IMG/VR virus record: IMGVR_UViG_3300045988_093152
Location: 1-62,487 of that record
Strand: one strand, 5' to 3'
DNA: 62,487 nucleotides
From: a virus
Shown here: positions 33,302 to 43,400 of the stretch, piece by piece
Layout: each line of letters begins with the position of its first letter
Position numbering within the stretch: position 1 is the first letter of the stretch
The notes under the pieces: generated by a model
What the model was told of the DNA's origin: nothing
What the model saw: only the letters and a program-made list of their open reading frames with translations
The model's database searches: none
Program-made: the position numbers and the translations under genes

Positions 33302-34537
33302 TTATGCGTACACCAGCAGGATAGAGCCGGTTGCAAGGCTGCTTCCCGCACCGGGGTCACTGGTTTGGGAGGTGATGGGGGTCACACTCAGCCAACTCTG
33401 CAAAACAGCCTTGCTGACATCCTTGATCTTCGTACCGTTGTCCGTATAACCGGCAATGTGCGTCAGGTTCGACGTGTTAAGGCCGTCACCCGCATAACCG
33501 ATTTTAATGACATGGCCCGAGTTGTTATAGTCAGTGACCCCACCATCCAGCGAACCAATGAATTTGTTGGCCCTGACATTTGCAAAAGCGCCGCTTCCTC
33601 GACCGTCATTAAACTGATACTCATCAATGGTGTTGCCTCGGTATCCCCAGTAGACAGTGTTGCCTTCTGGGGTGCCAACAAAATTCACTTCATTATTTTG
33701 CTCGAACGCCAATTTTGAGTGGTTATGCTCACTCGGTGGAAACGTACTCGGCTTATCCGTCACGGAATTCCAGTCGGTCTTGATGCTCTTGAGCTTGTCG
33801 CCCACGATCTTTGCGTCCGCGGGTGCGCCGTCAATGGTCAGGGTCTTGTCGGTGCTCACCACCTTCTTGGCCGCTTCCACCAGTTTGCGGGTTTCGTTTT
33901 CACTGGCCTTGGCGTTTCCTTCGCTGGTCTTTGCATTCCCCTCGCTGGCCGCGGCCTTCCCTGCGCTTGCTTCGGCTTCCTTGGCCTTGGCGGTGCAGGT
34001 GGCCACGCTGGTCCCCATGCTGTCGGCGCTGGCTTTCGCGTTGGTCTCGCTGGTCTTCGCGTTGGCGGCGCTGGTGGCAGCTTTCGTTTCGCTGCTCTTG
34101 GCGTTGGTCTCACTGGTCTTCGCGTTGGTCTCTGAGGTCTTGGCCGCATTCTCGCTTGCCTTGGCGTTGGTCTCCGAGGTCTTGGCCGCATTCTCACTTG
34201 CCTTAGCATTGGTCTCCGAGGTCTTGGCATTGGTCTCGCTGGTCTTTGCGGCGTTCTCGCTGGTCTTGGCCGCACTGGCCGAACCTGCCGCCGCAGAAGC
34301 AGAGGATGCCGCCGCATTCTCGCTGGCCTTGGCGTTGGTCTCGCTCACCTTGGCAGCATCCTGGCTTGCCTTTGCCGCATCCCGTGCCGCTTCGGCCTGA
34401 CGGAGCAGCTCTTTGATGTTGGTGATGCTCTGGTTCACAAAGTCCCGGGTCCACTCCATCGAGCTGGCGATGTATTCACGGACTTCCCGGCCATAGATCG
34501 CCTTTCGGATGCCCGTAATGATCGCATCAAAATCCAT
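33302..34537 (-). CDS. tail fibre protein with long heptad-repeat stalk
   Basis: ATG at 34537 after GGAGGAGG. MDFDAIITGIRKAIYGREVR N-terminus, then about 170 aa of (A/T)SE(T/N)NAK heptads. Confidence 0.7.
   Translation of the reverse strand: MDFDAIITGIRKAIYGREVREYIASSMEWTRDFVNQSITNIKELLRQAEAARDAAKASQDAAKVSETNAKASENAAASSASAAAGSASAAKTSENAAKTSETNAKTSETNAKASENAAKTSETNAKASENAAKTSETNAKTSETNAKSSETKAATSAANAKTSETNAKASADSMGTSVATCTAKAKEAEASAGKAAASEGNAKTSEGNAKASENETRKLVEAAKKVVSTDKTLTIDGAPADAKIVGDKLKSIKTDWNSVTDKPSTFPPSEHNHSKLAFEQNNEVNFVGTPEGNTVYWGYRGNTIDEYQFNDGRGSGAFANVRANKFIGSLDGGVTDYNNSGHVIKIGYAGDGLNTSNLTHIAGYTDNGTKIKDVSKAVLQSWLSVTPITSQTSDPGAGSSLATGSILLVYA
33881..34396 (-). repeat. 21-bp-periodic tandem repeats encoding TSETNAK/ASENAAK heptads
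   Basis: Visible 21/42-nt periodicity (gcgttggtctc.ctggtcttcg...). Confidence 0.8.
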
Positions 34538-34568
34538 TGATATTCTCAACCTCCTCCATTTTGAGCCC

Positions 34569-35909
34569 TTACGAACTGCTCAGGTTGCCCAGCAGCTGGT
34601 TCAGGAAACTGATGATCGCCTGTGCGATCGTCCATACGCTGTCCATGGCCTGCTTCTGCACCTGCTGTTTGGTCAGCTTCTCGGGGGTCAGACCAAAGGT
34701 GAACTGCTTCTTGTTGGGCGCATCCAGCGGCAGCCTCAGCTTGGTGCACACCAGCCACTTGTCGATCTCGTGGGGGCTGGAGATGATGTGGGTCTTGATC
34801 AGAAATCCCAGTCGGTCATTGCTTTCCCCGCTGTCCACCCGGTCGTAAGCGGTCAGGGTCATCACAGGCTCGATGTTCTGCTTGTACCCCTTCAGCTCGG
34901 TCTGTGCTTCATTGCGCAGGTTGTCGTTGTTCGTGTTGCCGTCGATCTGGATGCACTTCTCAATGATGCCGTACTTTGCTTCTGCCGCCTCGTCCCGCAC
35001 CGTTTCCGAGATCGCGCTCACGGTGGTCGTCTTGAAGATCCACCATCCGCTGGTGGTCGTCTGGGTGCCGTATGCGGTCACACGGGTCACCACGTCGCTG
35101 GACATCTGCTCCACATAGCTGAAATCCAGCAGGTTCACGCCATATTCAATGGTCTGCGTCGTGGTGGCATCCGTATCCACAAGGTAATCGATGTATACCC
35201 GCCATACCGCAGTGCCGTTGTCTGCCCGCACGATCCGTGTCCGCAGGTATCCGTCGTATTCTTCCAGCAAAAAGGTGTTCAGCAGGCTCCACTGGCTCTC
35301 GAACAGGGTTCCCTTGCTGGAGGTGTCGATGGTGCGCCCGGGCTGGATGTTCACCTTCCCGATGCCAAAGGTCCCGTAAGGCCCCTGATAGTAGTCCTTC
35401 AACGCCTGCGTTGCAAGGTAGAAGATGCTGTTGGAGGGCACGCTCGACCACTGCTCCAGCGGGTTGTCGGTGGTCAGGTAGTAGGTTCCGCCGTTCACCT
35501 TCGGTACAAATCGCTGGAGATATCCCAGCACGCCCTCGGCATACAGCTTGTAGCTCAGGTCAAACAGCTTTTCCGTCTCGGTCACATAACCCAGCCAGAT
35601 CGGTTTGCCGTCCTCTTCCACCACCAGCCACGTTTTCTCGTACTTCAGGGTGGTGTACACAGGGTTCTTGTAACTGCCGAATGCCGTGTTGATCTGGTAC
35701 GGAATGGTCGCCTCAAAGCTGCCGAACTCGTTTTTGGCCAGGTTCAGCACCGGGTCTTCGAGGAATCGGTTGGAAACGCTTCCCTCTATCGTGTCGCCCT
35801 GGGAATCAAAGATGCACTCCCGGGTGTCCCACTGAAACCCCAGAGCACTCGTGCCGTTAAAGGTCTCCGTCTTCTTTGAGATGGTTCCCGCATAAACTTG
35901 ATATCCGAT
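34569..35909 (-). CDS. tail-associated lysin / Tal (prophage endopeptidase-tail type), probable non-canonical ATC start
   Basis: LNLAKNEFGSFEATIPYQ...IWLGYVTETEK pattern. The frame is open, and looks like real protein, for 53 codons upstream of the first canonical start (GTG 35750). AGGAGG lies 8 nt before ATC 35909. Confidence 0.6.
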   Translation of the reverse strand: MGYQVYAGTISKKTETFNGTSALGFQWDTRECIFDSQGDTIEGSVSNRFLEDPVLNLAKNEFGSFEATIPYQINTAFGSYKNPVYTTLKYEKTWLVVEEDGKPIWLGYVTETEKLFDLSYKLYAEGVLGYLQRFVPKVNGGTYYLTTDNPLEQWSSVPSNSIFYLATQALKDYYQGPYGTFGIGKVNIQPGRTIDTSSKGTLFESQWSLLNTFLLEEYDGYLRTRIVRADNGTAVWRVYIDYLVDTDATTTQTIEYGVNLLDFSYVEQMSSDVVTRVTAYGTQTTTSGWWIFKTTTVSAISETVRDEAAEAKYGIIEKCIQIDGNTNNDNLRNEAQTELKGYKQNIEPVMTLTAYDRVDSGESNDRLGFLIKTHIISSPHEIDKWLVCTKLRLPLDAPNKKQFTFGLTPEKLTKQQVQKQAMDSVWTIAQAIISFLNQLLGNLSSS

Positions 35910-35965
35910 GGCTCCTCCCTCCTTTCTGCATCCATTTTGAAATTTCGTAAAGCTGACGGAGAGGT

Positions 35966-36811
35966 TTATAGATACGCTGGCTGGTAATACAGGTTGAGCG
36001 TTCCCTCACCCGCCATCAGGCCAGTCACCCGCACTTCGTACACGTCATATCGCAGATCGTTGTCGATCAGGCCGATGTCCACCTTTCCCATGCTCTCGCT
36101 CAGTTGGGCCGGGATGGGCGAAACTGACACCGCCGGAAGTCCCAGCTCTTTTGCTTTTTCGTAGGGGTAGGTCTGGCTCTTTGCCAGTGTAACCCCCACA
36201 TAACCGCTACCGGTCCATTTTGCTTGCAGCAGGCTCGGTTTTTCGCTGGGCGGCATCCGGAAGGTCTTGCTCTGGAGTGCCTTGATGGGGATGTCCTTGC
36301 AGTAGGGCACGGCCAGATCGGTCTCAAACCCAAAGGTATCCCACACCCAGTCCTCCTGAATGTTGTCGTACAGGAACTTGAACGGGTAAAGGCTGTAAGC
36401 AAAGGGCACGACGCTGCGTCCGTTCTTCTGCTTGATGCCTCCGTTCACCCAGACACGCCCCAGATAAAAGAACGCCGGGTCATCCTCCAGCCGCACCCTG
36501 GTCTGTGCCGGGATCGAGTTGCTCTTCGCCAGCGCTCTGGAAAGATACTCCAGCGCTCCGGTTCCAACAGGGGTCGAAAGGTTCTGGCCCCGCCACTCGT
36601 CCGTGTCCAGATAAAACTCCCAGCTTCCCTCCCGGGCCTTGAATACCGGGTAACCCGTCAGGCTCTTGGAAAGGTAGGTGGTTCCGTCTCGTCCGGGTAC
36701 GTTCACAGAGAGGACTTTTTCCACCGGGGGAGCCACCACAGGCCGGGAGACCGGGATCATCTTCCAGTCATCCCAGGTGTTCTTGTCACCAATGGTGATG
36801 GAATGGTACAT
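35966..36811 (-). CDS. distal tail protein (Dit)
   Basis: MYHSITIGDKNTWDDWKMIP...GSWEFYLD pattern, positioned after the tape measure. Confidence 0.7.
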   Translation of the reverse strand: MYHSITIGDKNTWDDWKMIPVSRPVVAPPVEKVLSVNVPGRDGTTYLSKSLTGYPVFKAREGSWEFYLDTDEWRGQNLSTPVGTGALEYLSRALAKSNSIPAQTRVRLEDDPAFFYLGRVWVNGGIKQKNGRSVVPFAYSLYPFKFLYDNIQEDWVWDTFGFETDLAVPYCKDIPIKALQSKTFRMPPSEKPSLLQAKWTGSGYVGVTLAKSQTYPYEKAKELGLPAVSVSPIPAQLSESMGKVDIGLIDNDLRYDVYEVRVTGLMAGEGTLNLYYQPAYL

Positions 36812-36820
36812 GGCTCCTCC

Positions 36821-37441
36821 TTAACTCAGCATGTCGGCAGGCGGCTGGAAGTCATAGGAGATGGTCAGCGTCACCCGTCCGTCGTTGCCGTTCTTGACGT
36901 TGCTGATCCAGCAGCGCCCTTTGTAGCTTCTCGTCTGCGCGGTGGAGAGCACGGTTCCCCCCAGCTCCATCCGCACCTCGCATTCTCTTCCCTGAATGAT
37001 CCGCATCAGCCGGAAATAGGTGCTTGTCCAGTCACCTTCCCGGCTCGACCAGTCGGGGTAAAGCTGAATGCTCTGTTCGGTCTTGTCGGGGATGCCGCAT
37101 CGCTCCCGCACATCGTCCATGGCGTGCCGTCCGTAGTCATCCCAGCTGGAATGTGGTACGCCGTCCGCCACGTAATAAAAGTCCCAGCTCCCGGTCGAGT
37201 TCTGGAACACCCTCTTTCCCAGCGGAGCCTTTTCCGGCATGCCGTGGTAGGAAGGAAAATCCATCGTCTCGTATTTTTCCTCAAAGGCATTGACGTGCAG
37301 GGGGTTCAGGGGGACCAGGTTGAAGTCTCTCGTGCTGTATTCCCGGGAAGCCCCTGCATTGTCATATACCTTAAAAATAAGCCCCGCAAATGTGGGAATC
37401 TTTGAGGAAAGCGCCGGGTCAGTTGCGCTCCGTCCCATCAT
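36821..37441 (-). CDS. tail component (second Dit-like protein)
   Basis: 206-aa ORF between TMP and Dit. GSWDFYYV resembles GSWEFYLD of the neighbouring gene. Confidence 0.5.
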   Translation of the reverse strand: MMGRSATDPALSSKIPTFAGLIFKVYDNAGASREYSTRDFNLVPLNPLHVNAFEEKYETMDFPSYHGMPEKAPLGKRVFQNSTGSWDFYYVADGVPHSSWDDYGRHAMDDVRERCGIPDKTEQSIQLYPDWSSREGDWTSTYFRLMRIIQGRECEVRMELGGTVLSTAQTRSYKGRCWISNVKNGNDGRVTLTISYDFQPPADMLS

Positions 37442-40400
37442 CGGTTGTTCCTCCGGTTGATCTTCCCCAGTCCCTCGTCCACGTCGTTGATGATCTCGCC
37501 AACCAGTTTCCGGCCGTTCATCTGGACCTTCATGTTGGCCACGGCACGGGCAATGCTGTCGATGTGCTCGCCCAGTGCCTCCACGCTCGAAACAATGTCG
37601 GCGTTGGGGTTTGCCTTCTGGTCAGCCTTGTTGTCCTCTTCCTGCTGAGCCTTGGTCACCTCGGCTCTGCGCACCACGTTGGCGGCAAGGCCTGCGGTGC
37701 GCTCTGCATTCAGGGCGACCGTGCCGTTCTGGAACAGGGTGTCGTTCAGCCAGTCCACTCCATTTTGAACGTCGCTCATGTCCACTACGGGCTGGATGCT
37801 GGGCTCATACTCGAAGTCGTCGCTGGCAATGTCGCCCACTCGCTGAGCCAGATCCATCATGGTGGAAAGGGCAGTGTTGCTCACGTCCTGTACGCCCTGC
37901 ACCACGGAGTCGGTCTCGTCGGTGATGCCCTGCGCCAAACCAAGGCTCAGGTATTCGCCAATGCCCGCCATCACGCGGCTGGGGGAATGGATGCCAAAGA
38001 AGTCGCAGAATCCGTCCACGATACTGCTGCCGAAGTCGCAGATGGCGTTCCACACCGTACCCGCCGTGCCTGTAATGCCCTGCCACAGGCCGGAGATCAG
38101 ATTCCCGCCAACCTCCACCAAGCCCTTGAAGCCGTTGCTGATCCAGTCCCACAGGTGCGAGAAGGCATTTCCCAGCCAGTCAAAGAACCCGCTGAAGAAA
38201 TCACCCACCTTGTCCCAGTTGGCGATCAGCAGTCCGCCGCCCACAACGGCCGCACCAATGAGCCAGCCTTCGGGGCCAATGGAGCCCAGCACACTCATCA
38301 GAGTGCCGCCCAGTTCTCCCAGACCGCCCAGTAAGCCGCCGGAGCCGGTGATCATCTCACCGATGCTGCCAAGGCCGCCCAGTGCTTCTCCCAGCAGCCC
38401 CGTGCCGCCCGTGGCAGAGCCCAGCAGGCCGCTCATGTTGCCCAGGATGCTGCCAAGGTTCTTGGTCGCGCCGGTCACCTTGACCACCTGTCCCATCACC
38501 TTCAGGGTGCCGCCGCCCTGTGCCAGTTTGTTGAAGGTCAGCATGGTCTTTCCCAGATTCATCATGGTCTGTCCGAACTCGCTGCCCATAAAGTCCAGCA
38601 CGGTGGTAATGCCGCCGGTCACTGCCCCGCCCCAGTCACCGCTCACAAGGGCGGTAATGGTGCCAATAAGGTCGGTGATCACGTTGGTCACGCCGTCCTG
38701 GGTGGCCACACCAAAGGCTCTGCTGAGCTTCGCGGCCATTTCCGGGGCGCTCTTCTGCACCTGTGCCCAGACGCTGTTGAAGCCCTCCTGAATTGGCCGC
38801 CAGTTCTTCGAGATGGAGTAGCCCAGCTGCATCATCATCCGCTTGCCGGAGTCGTCCAGCTCAAAGGCATCCGCCAGATTTTCCGCAAAGCCCACAAAGT
38901 TGTACTGTTCGCTTTGCAGGTCTGCCAGTGCATCCAGTGCGGTCTCGCTGTTCTTGCCAAACTTCTTCACAGCCTCGTCGTACTTCAGCTGCTTGTTCGT
39001 TACCTTCTTCAGGCTGTAGCTCATGCTGTCCAGTGCCGTGCCCACGCCGATGATGGCGGTCATGGTGCCCTGAGTAGCTGCCTTCCGTGCCTGGGCGCTG
39101 TCGGCTCCGTATTGTTCCACCGCAGCCTTGTAAGCGTCCTCCCGGCCCGCAAGGTCCCCGTCGCCGTAGAGCTTGGCCAACATGTTCTGCCGGTTGGTCA
39201 CCAGCTTCTCCTGCTTTTCCAGGTAGGAGACCTTGCTGTCGTAGGCATCCAGCTGGGCCTGATTCAGCTCGTTGATGAGCTTCTGTTGTTCGGTCTGTGC
39301 CTCCAGATACTGCTGGTAGGCCGCCTGGGTCTTCTGGCTTGCCTCACCGAACTCGTTTTTGATGGCGATATAGTCCTTCTCGGCGGCCAGCAGGATCTCC
39401 GCCTGGTTCTTGATCTTCCGGTTGATGTAGTCGATCTTCTTGTTGGACTTCTCGGTCACCTCGGCGCTGTCCTCATACAGGGCGCTCCACAGTTCGTATT
39501 CGTCCTCCGCGGTCTTGGCATCGGTCTCGTACCGCTCCTGAATGACCTTCAGGATGCTGTCCTGCTTGCTCCTCTGAAGCTCCGCAAGGGTCTTCTGTTC
39601 GCTCAGCAGGGTGCCGTATGCGTCCTTGGTCTTGCTGTTGTTCGCGCCCACCTTGGCCAGCAGGGTGTCGTACTGCTCTTTCGCAATGGCCACCCGTTTG
39701 GTCTGGAGCTCGATCTCCCTTGTCAGACTCTCGGTCTTTTTGGTGATGAGCTCTTCCACCGTGGCCGTGTCACCGCCCGTCACTTCCCACAGCGCGTATT
39801 CGCCGGTGGCGTTGGACATCTCGGTCTTGTTGGCCTTCAGCTTGTCGGAGAATGCACTTGCCAGCGTGTCTGCCAGTGACTTGCCGGATTTGGAAGCTTT
39901 GGATTTCGTGGAACTGGTCGGGGTGACTGCGTCGGCCACAGCGTCCTGTGCTTTCTGCCACCAGTTACCGAGGATGCCATACGGATCGTTCAGTGCCGTC
40001 TGGGCATCCGCGTTTCCCTGCTTGGCATTTGCAATTTCGGATTTTGTTGCGTTCCGGCTGCTGCCCGCTTTCTTCAGGCCGGTTTTGCCGGGGATGACAA
40101 TTGCATCATCCATTGCATCGCTGAACTCATCCATCGCGGTAGACAATCCATTTTGATAAATTAGATTGCCAGGGTGCAGGGTGCTCAGCTTGAACGCATT
40201 GTAGAGCTCAGGCATCTTCTTCTGGATCGCAAGGGTCGTCTCGTCGATAGCCTGGAGGAAGCCGTCCTTCATCACCAACGCGCCAGAATAGCTTGCCTGC
40301 CGGAGTTCTTCCTGTTTTTGCTTGTCACCGATACCCAATAGTGCGCCCTCGAGAATGTTCTCGCTGTCGCTTGCTGCCAGGTCACTGGGCGAATGGATGC

Positions 40401-43400
40401 CCCAGAATGTCGTAAATACGCTTCGGATGGAAGAAGCCACGTTCAGCATGTTCGCCTTGGCCTGTGCCAGTGCACTCGGGTCGGCAATGCCTTCCGCCAG
40501 TCCCACGGTCACATACCGGCCAAGTTCTGCCATCACCCGGGAGGGAGAATGAGAATCGAAAGTCGTTTTGCTGGTCTCAATGACCGCGTTCGCAACTTCT
40601 TCTGAAGCATCTGCGGCTTCCTTCTTACCGTCAAGCTGGCCTTCTTTCATGCCCTCGCTTGCATTTTTACCGATGCCTGCAAATGCCTGATAAATGCCCG
40701 CCATCATGGAATCGCCGTTTTTCAGCTCATCCAGAATATCCGCAAAAGGCAGCACGAATGTCTGGGCCGAAACGCCCTTATCCTGCCCGCCCCAGTTTTT
40801 CGGGTCGAGCGGGTTGTGGCTCCCTGCCCAGGTCGTGAATTTCGTCCAGAGGTCGTTCAGTGCTGGCTCGATTTTCTCCCAGATATACTCTGTCAGGCTC
40901 ACCACCGTATCGATCACAGTTGTGCCCAAAACATACAGCGCCTGTCCGATCGAGGGGGCCGCCAGAATGATTGCGTCGCAGATAGCCTTGATGATTTTGG
41001 CGATTGAAGTCACCAGACTGCTTGCCACCTCGGCCAGACCCTGGAAAACACCGGCGATAAATTCGACCAGCGTCCATGCCAGTGCCTTGATGCCGTTCAA
41101 AAATACCTGGAAATTCAGGCCGTTCAGCAAACTTAGGCTGGATGCCAGATTCTGTACAAAGTTTGCGGCAGAGCTCAATGCCAACAGTGCACCAAGGCTC
41201 AGGGCCAGTGCACTTAGCGAGAGGCTTAATGCCACAATGACCGGCGTTACAGGCGAAAGTATGACTGCCGCGCCACCCAGCACCACAAAAGCACCCACAA
41301 TGGTCAGCAGTCCTTTACCAATTGCTTCCCAGCTCAGATTTCCAAGCCCCTGGAATGCCGGAACCAGAAGATTCACTGCCGCAGCCATCATGGTCAGGCT
41401 GATTGCACTGCCAATCCCCCCTTTCAGGAGGTTCATAGCAGCAACAAAAATAACCAATGCGCCACCGATCGATGTCAGGCCACGAACGACTGCTTCGTTA
41501 TCCATCTCACCGAACTTCGCAACTGCATCCTGAAGGATCTCCATGGATGCTGCCATCAGAACAAAGCCGGTTCCCTTTCCGATGCCGAATTTTACACCGT
41601 TCATGGTTTTAGCAGCGACAACAAGTCCAGCACAAAGGGCCCCTACACCTACAAGCCCTCTTGTAAGTGCACTTGAATTAAGCCCACTCAATGCTTTCAC
41701 ACTGGAAGCAAGGATTCGGATGCTCACCGCAAAGGCCATCATCCCGGCAGTGCCTTTCGTAAAGCGCCCGCCATCCTTCGAGAGAACTGCCGCAACTGCG
41801 GCCAACTCGAGCATAACACCACCAAGGGCGACCACACTTCCTAGCAGCTTATCAGAGTCAATGGTCGAAATGACTTTCAACGCACCCGAAAGGACCAGAA
41901 CGGCTGCCGAAACTGCCACCATTCCACCGGCGAGAACACTCAGCTTCAGGCTCTGCACGTTCTTCGTCAGCTGGGTCATCACTGCCATCACACCCAGCAG
42001 TTCACCGAACGTAACAGTCAGTGCACCGATCGCAGCACCAAGTCGATCTGCTTTCACCATGGAGAGCACAGCCAGTGAACCGGCCATCAATGCCACAGCC
42101 TTTGCGATCGTCATCAGGGTGTCTGCCTTCTTGGCTGATTTCCACGCATCGATTGCTTCGCCCAGAGATTCGATGCAGTCTTTGATACCGCCGACCACGT
42201 CCTTTGCACTGGAACCGATGGACTTGATGCTTTCAAAGAATCCCTTGATGGAGACCAACATACTGGCTCCCATGCCACCCAGAATAAACTGATTCAGTTT
42301 CTCTGGGTCGAATTCATCGAATGCTTCTTTCGCATCCTGCGCAAGCTGTGCAAAGATCTTGTCCGCAACAGAGCCAAAAGAATAAAGCACCGGAGCAGCC
42401 GCATCCACAAAATTGGTCACCCAAGTACCAATGGTACCCAGCGGGTGAAGCCCTTTCGTGATCTCCGAAGCAAATTCACCGGCAGCCGATGCCGCATCCA
42501 GCAGAATATCGGCCAAAGGCTTTGTCAGGTTCAGAACCCGTGCCACACCAGAGATGATGCCTTCCAGAATATCTTTCCCGACCCGCAAAACAGAGAATAC
42601 GCCCTCTGCGGTTGTCTTGATCTTCTTGGCCGTATCATCACTGATGATAAGCTTCTTTGTGATGCTATCTAGCCATTGTGCAAAGCTCTTGATCTCCTCG
42701 CCTGTCTTTGGCGGGAAAATATCTTGAAATGCCTCATGGATGGGCTTCACTATGGCACTCACTGCATCCATCAGGTTCCACAGGCTCTGCATCAGATGCT
42801 CTCGTCCAGAGAGTTCCCGGATCTGTTTCGAGTATCCTTCCAGATCAAGCGTTCCATTTTGAACCTTTTGATTCAGTTCTTCAAATGCGCTCGCCTGTTT
42901 CTCAATTTCTTCCCGCTCAAGCCCTCGCGCCTTCAATTCGGCATCGCTCAGGGTCAGCATCTTCTCTGCACTTGCCCGTGCTTCATCCAGGCCTTTTTTC
43001 AAAAGATCTGCACTGATGCCTCCCTGTTTGATGGCTTCGCCAAAACTACCTGCATCGGAGATCTGCTTTTCAGTGATCGCACCGGAAGCCAGTGCCACCT
43101 GCTCCATGGTATACGCATACACGTCTGCCTGATTGCCCAGCTCATTTTCAAGCAGTTTATTCCATCCGCTGTTCAGTCCGTCCTTCAGCCGTTCGTTCAG
43201 CGCTTCGATGGGCGGCACAAAGATGTCGTACAGCCGGTTCGCCAGCTCCGTCCATGTGTCGGCGGCCTCTTCCTTGTTGCCAAAGATCGTCTCAAACACG
43301 CCCATCCATTTTGAACTGGCAGCGTCTTTCGTTGAGTCGATGGCCTGTGCGAAGCTGGTGGCCTGCTGGGCGGCGAGAGCGGCGCGTTCTGCCAGCTCTC

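Noticed and set aside
33881-34396. Fibre repeats as a diversity-generating retroelement target
   Set aside because: There is no reverse transcriptase gene and no template/variable repeat pair with adenine-specific differences. The repeats are simple in-frame heptad tandem repeats.
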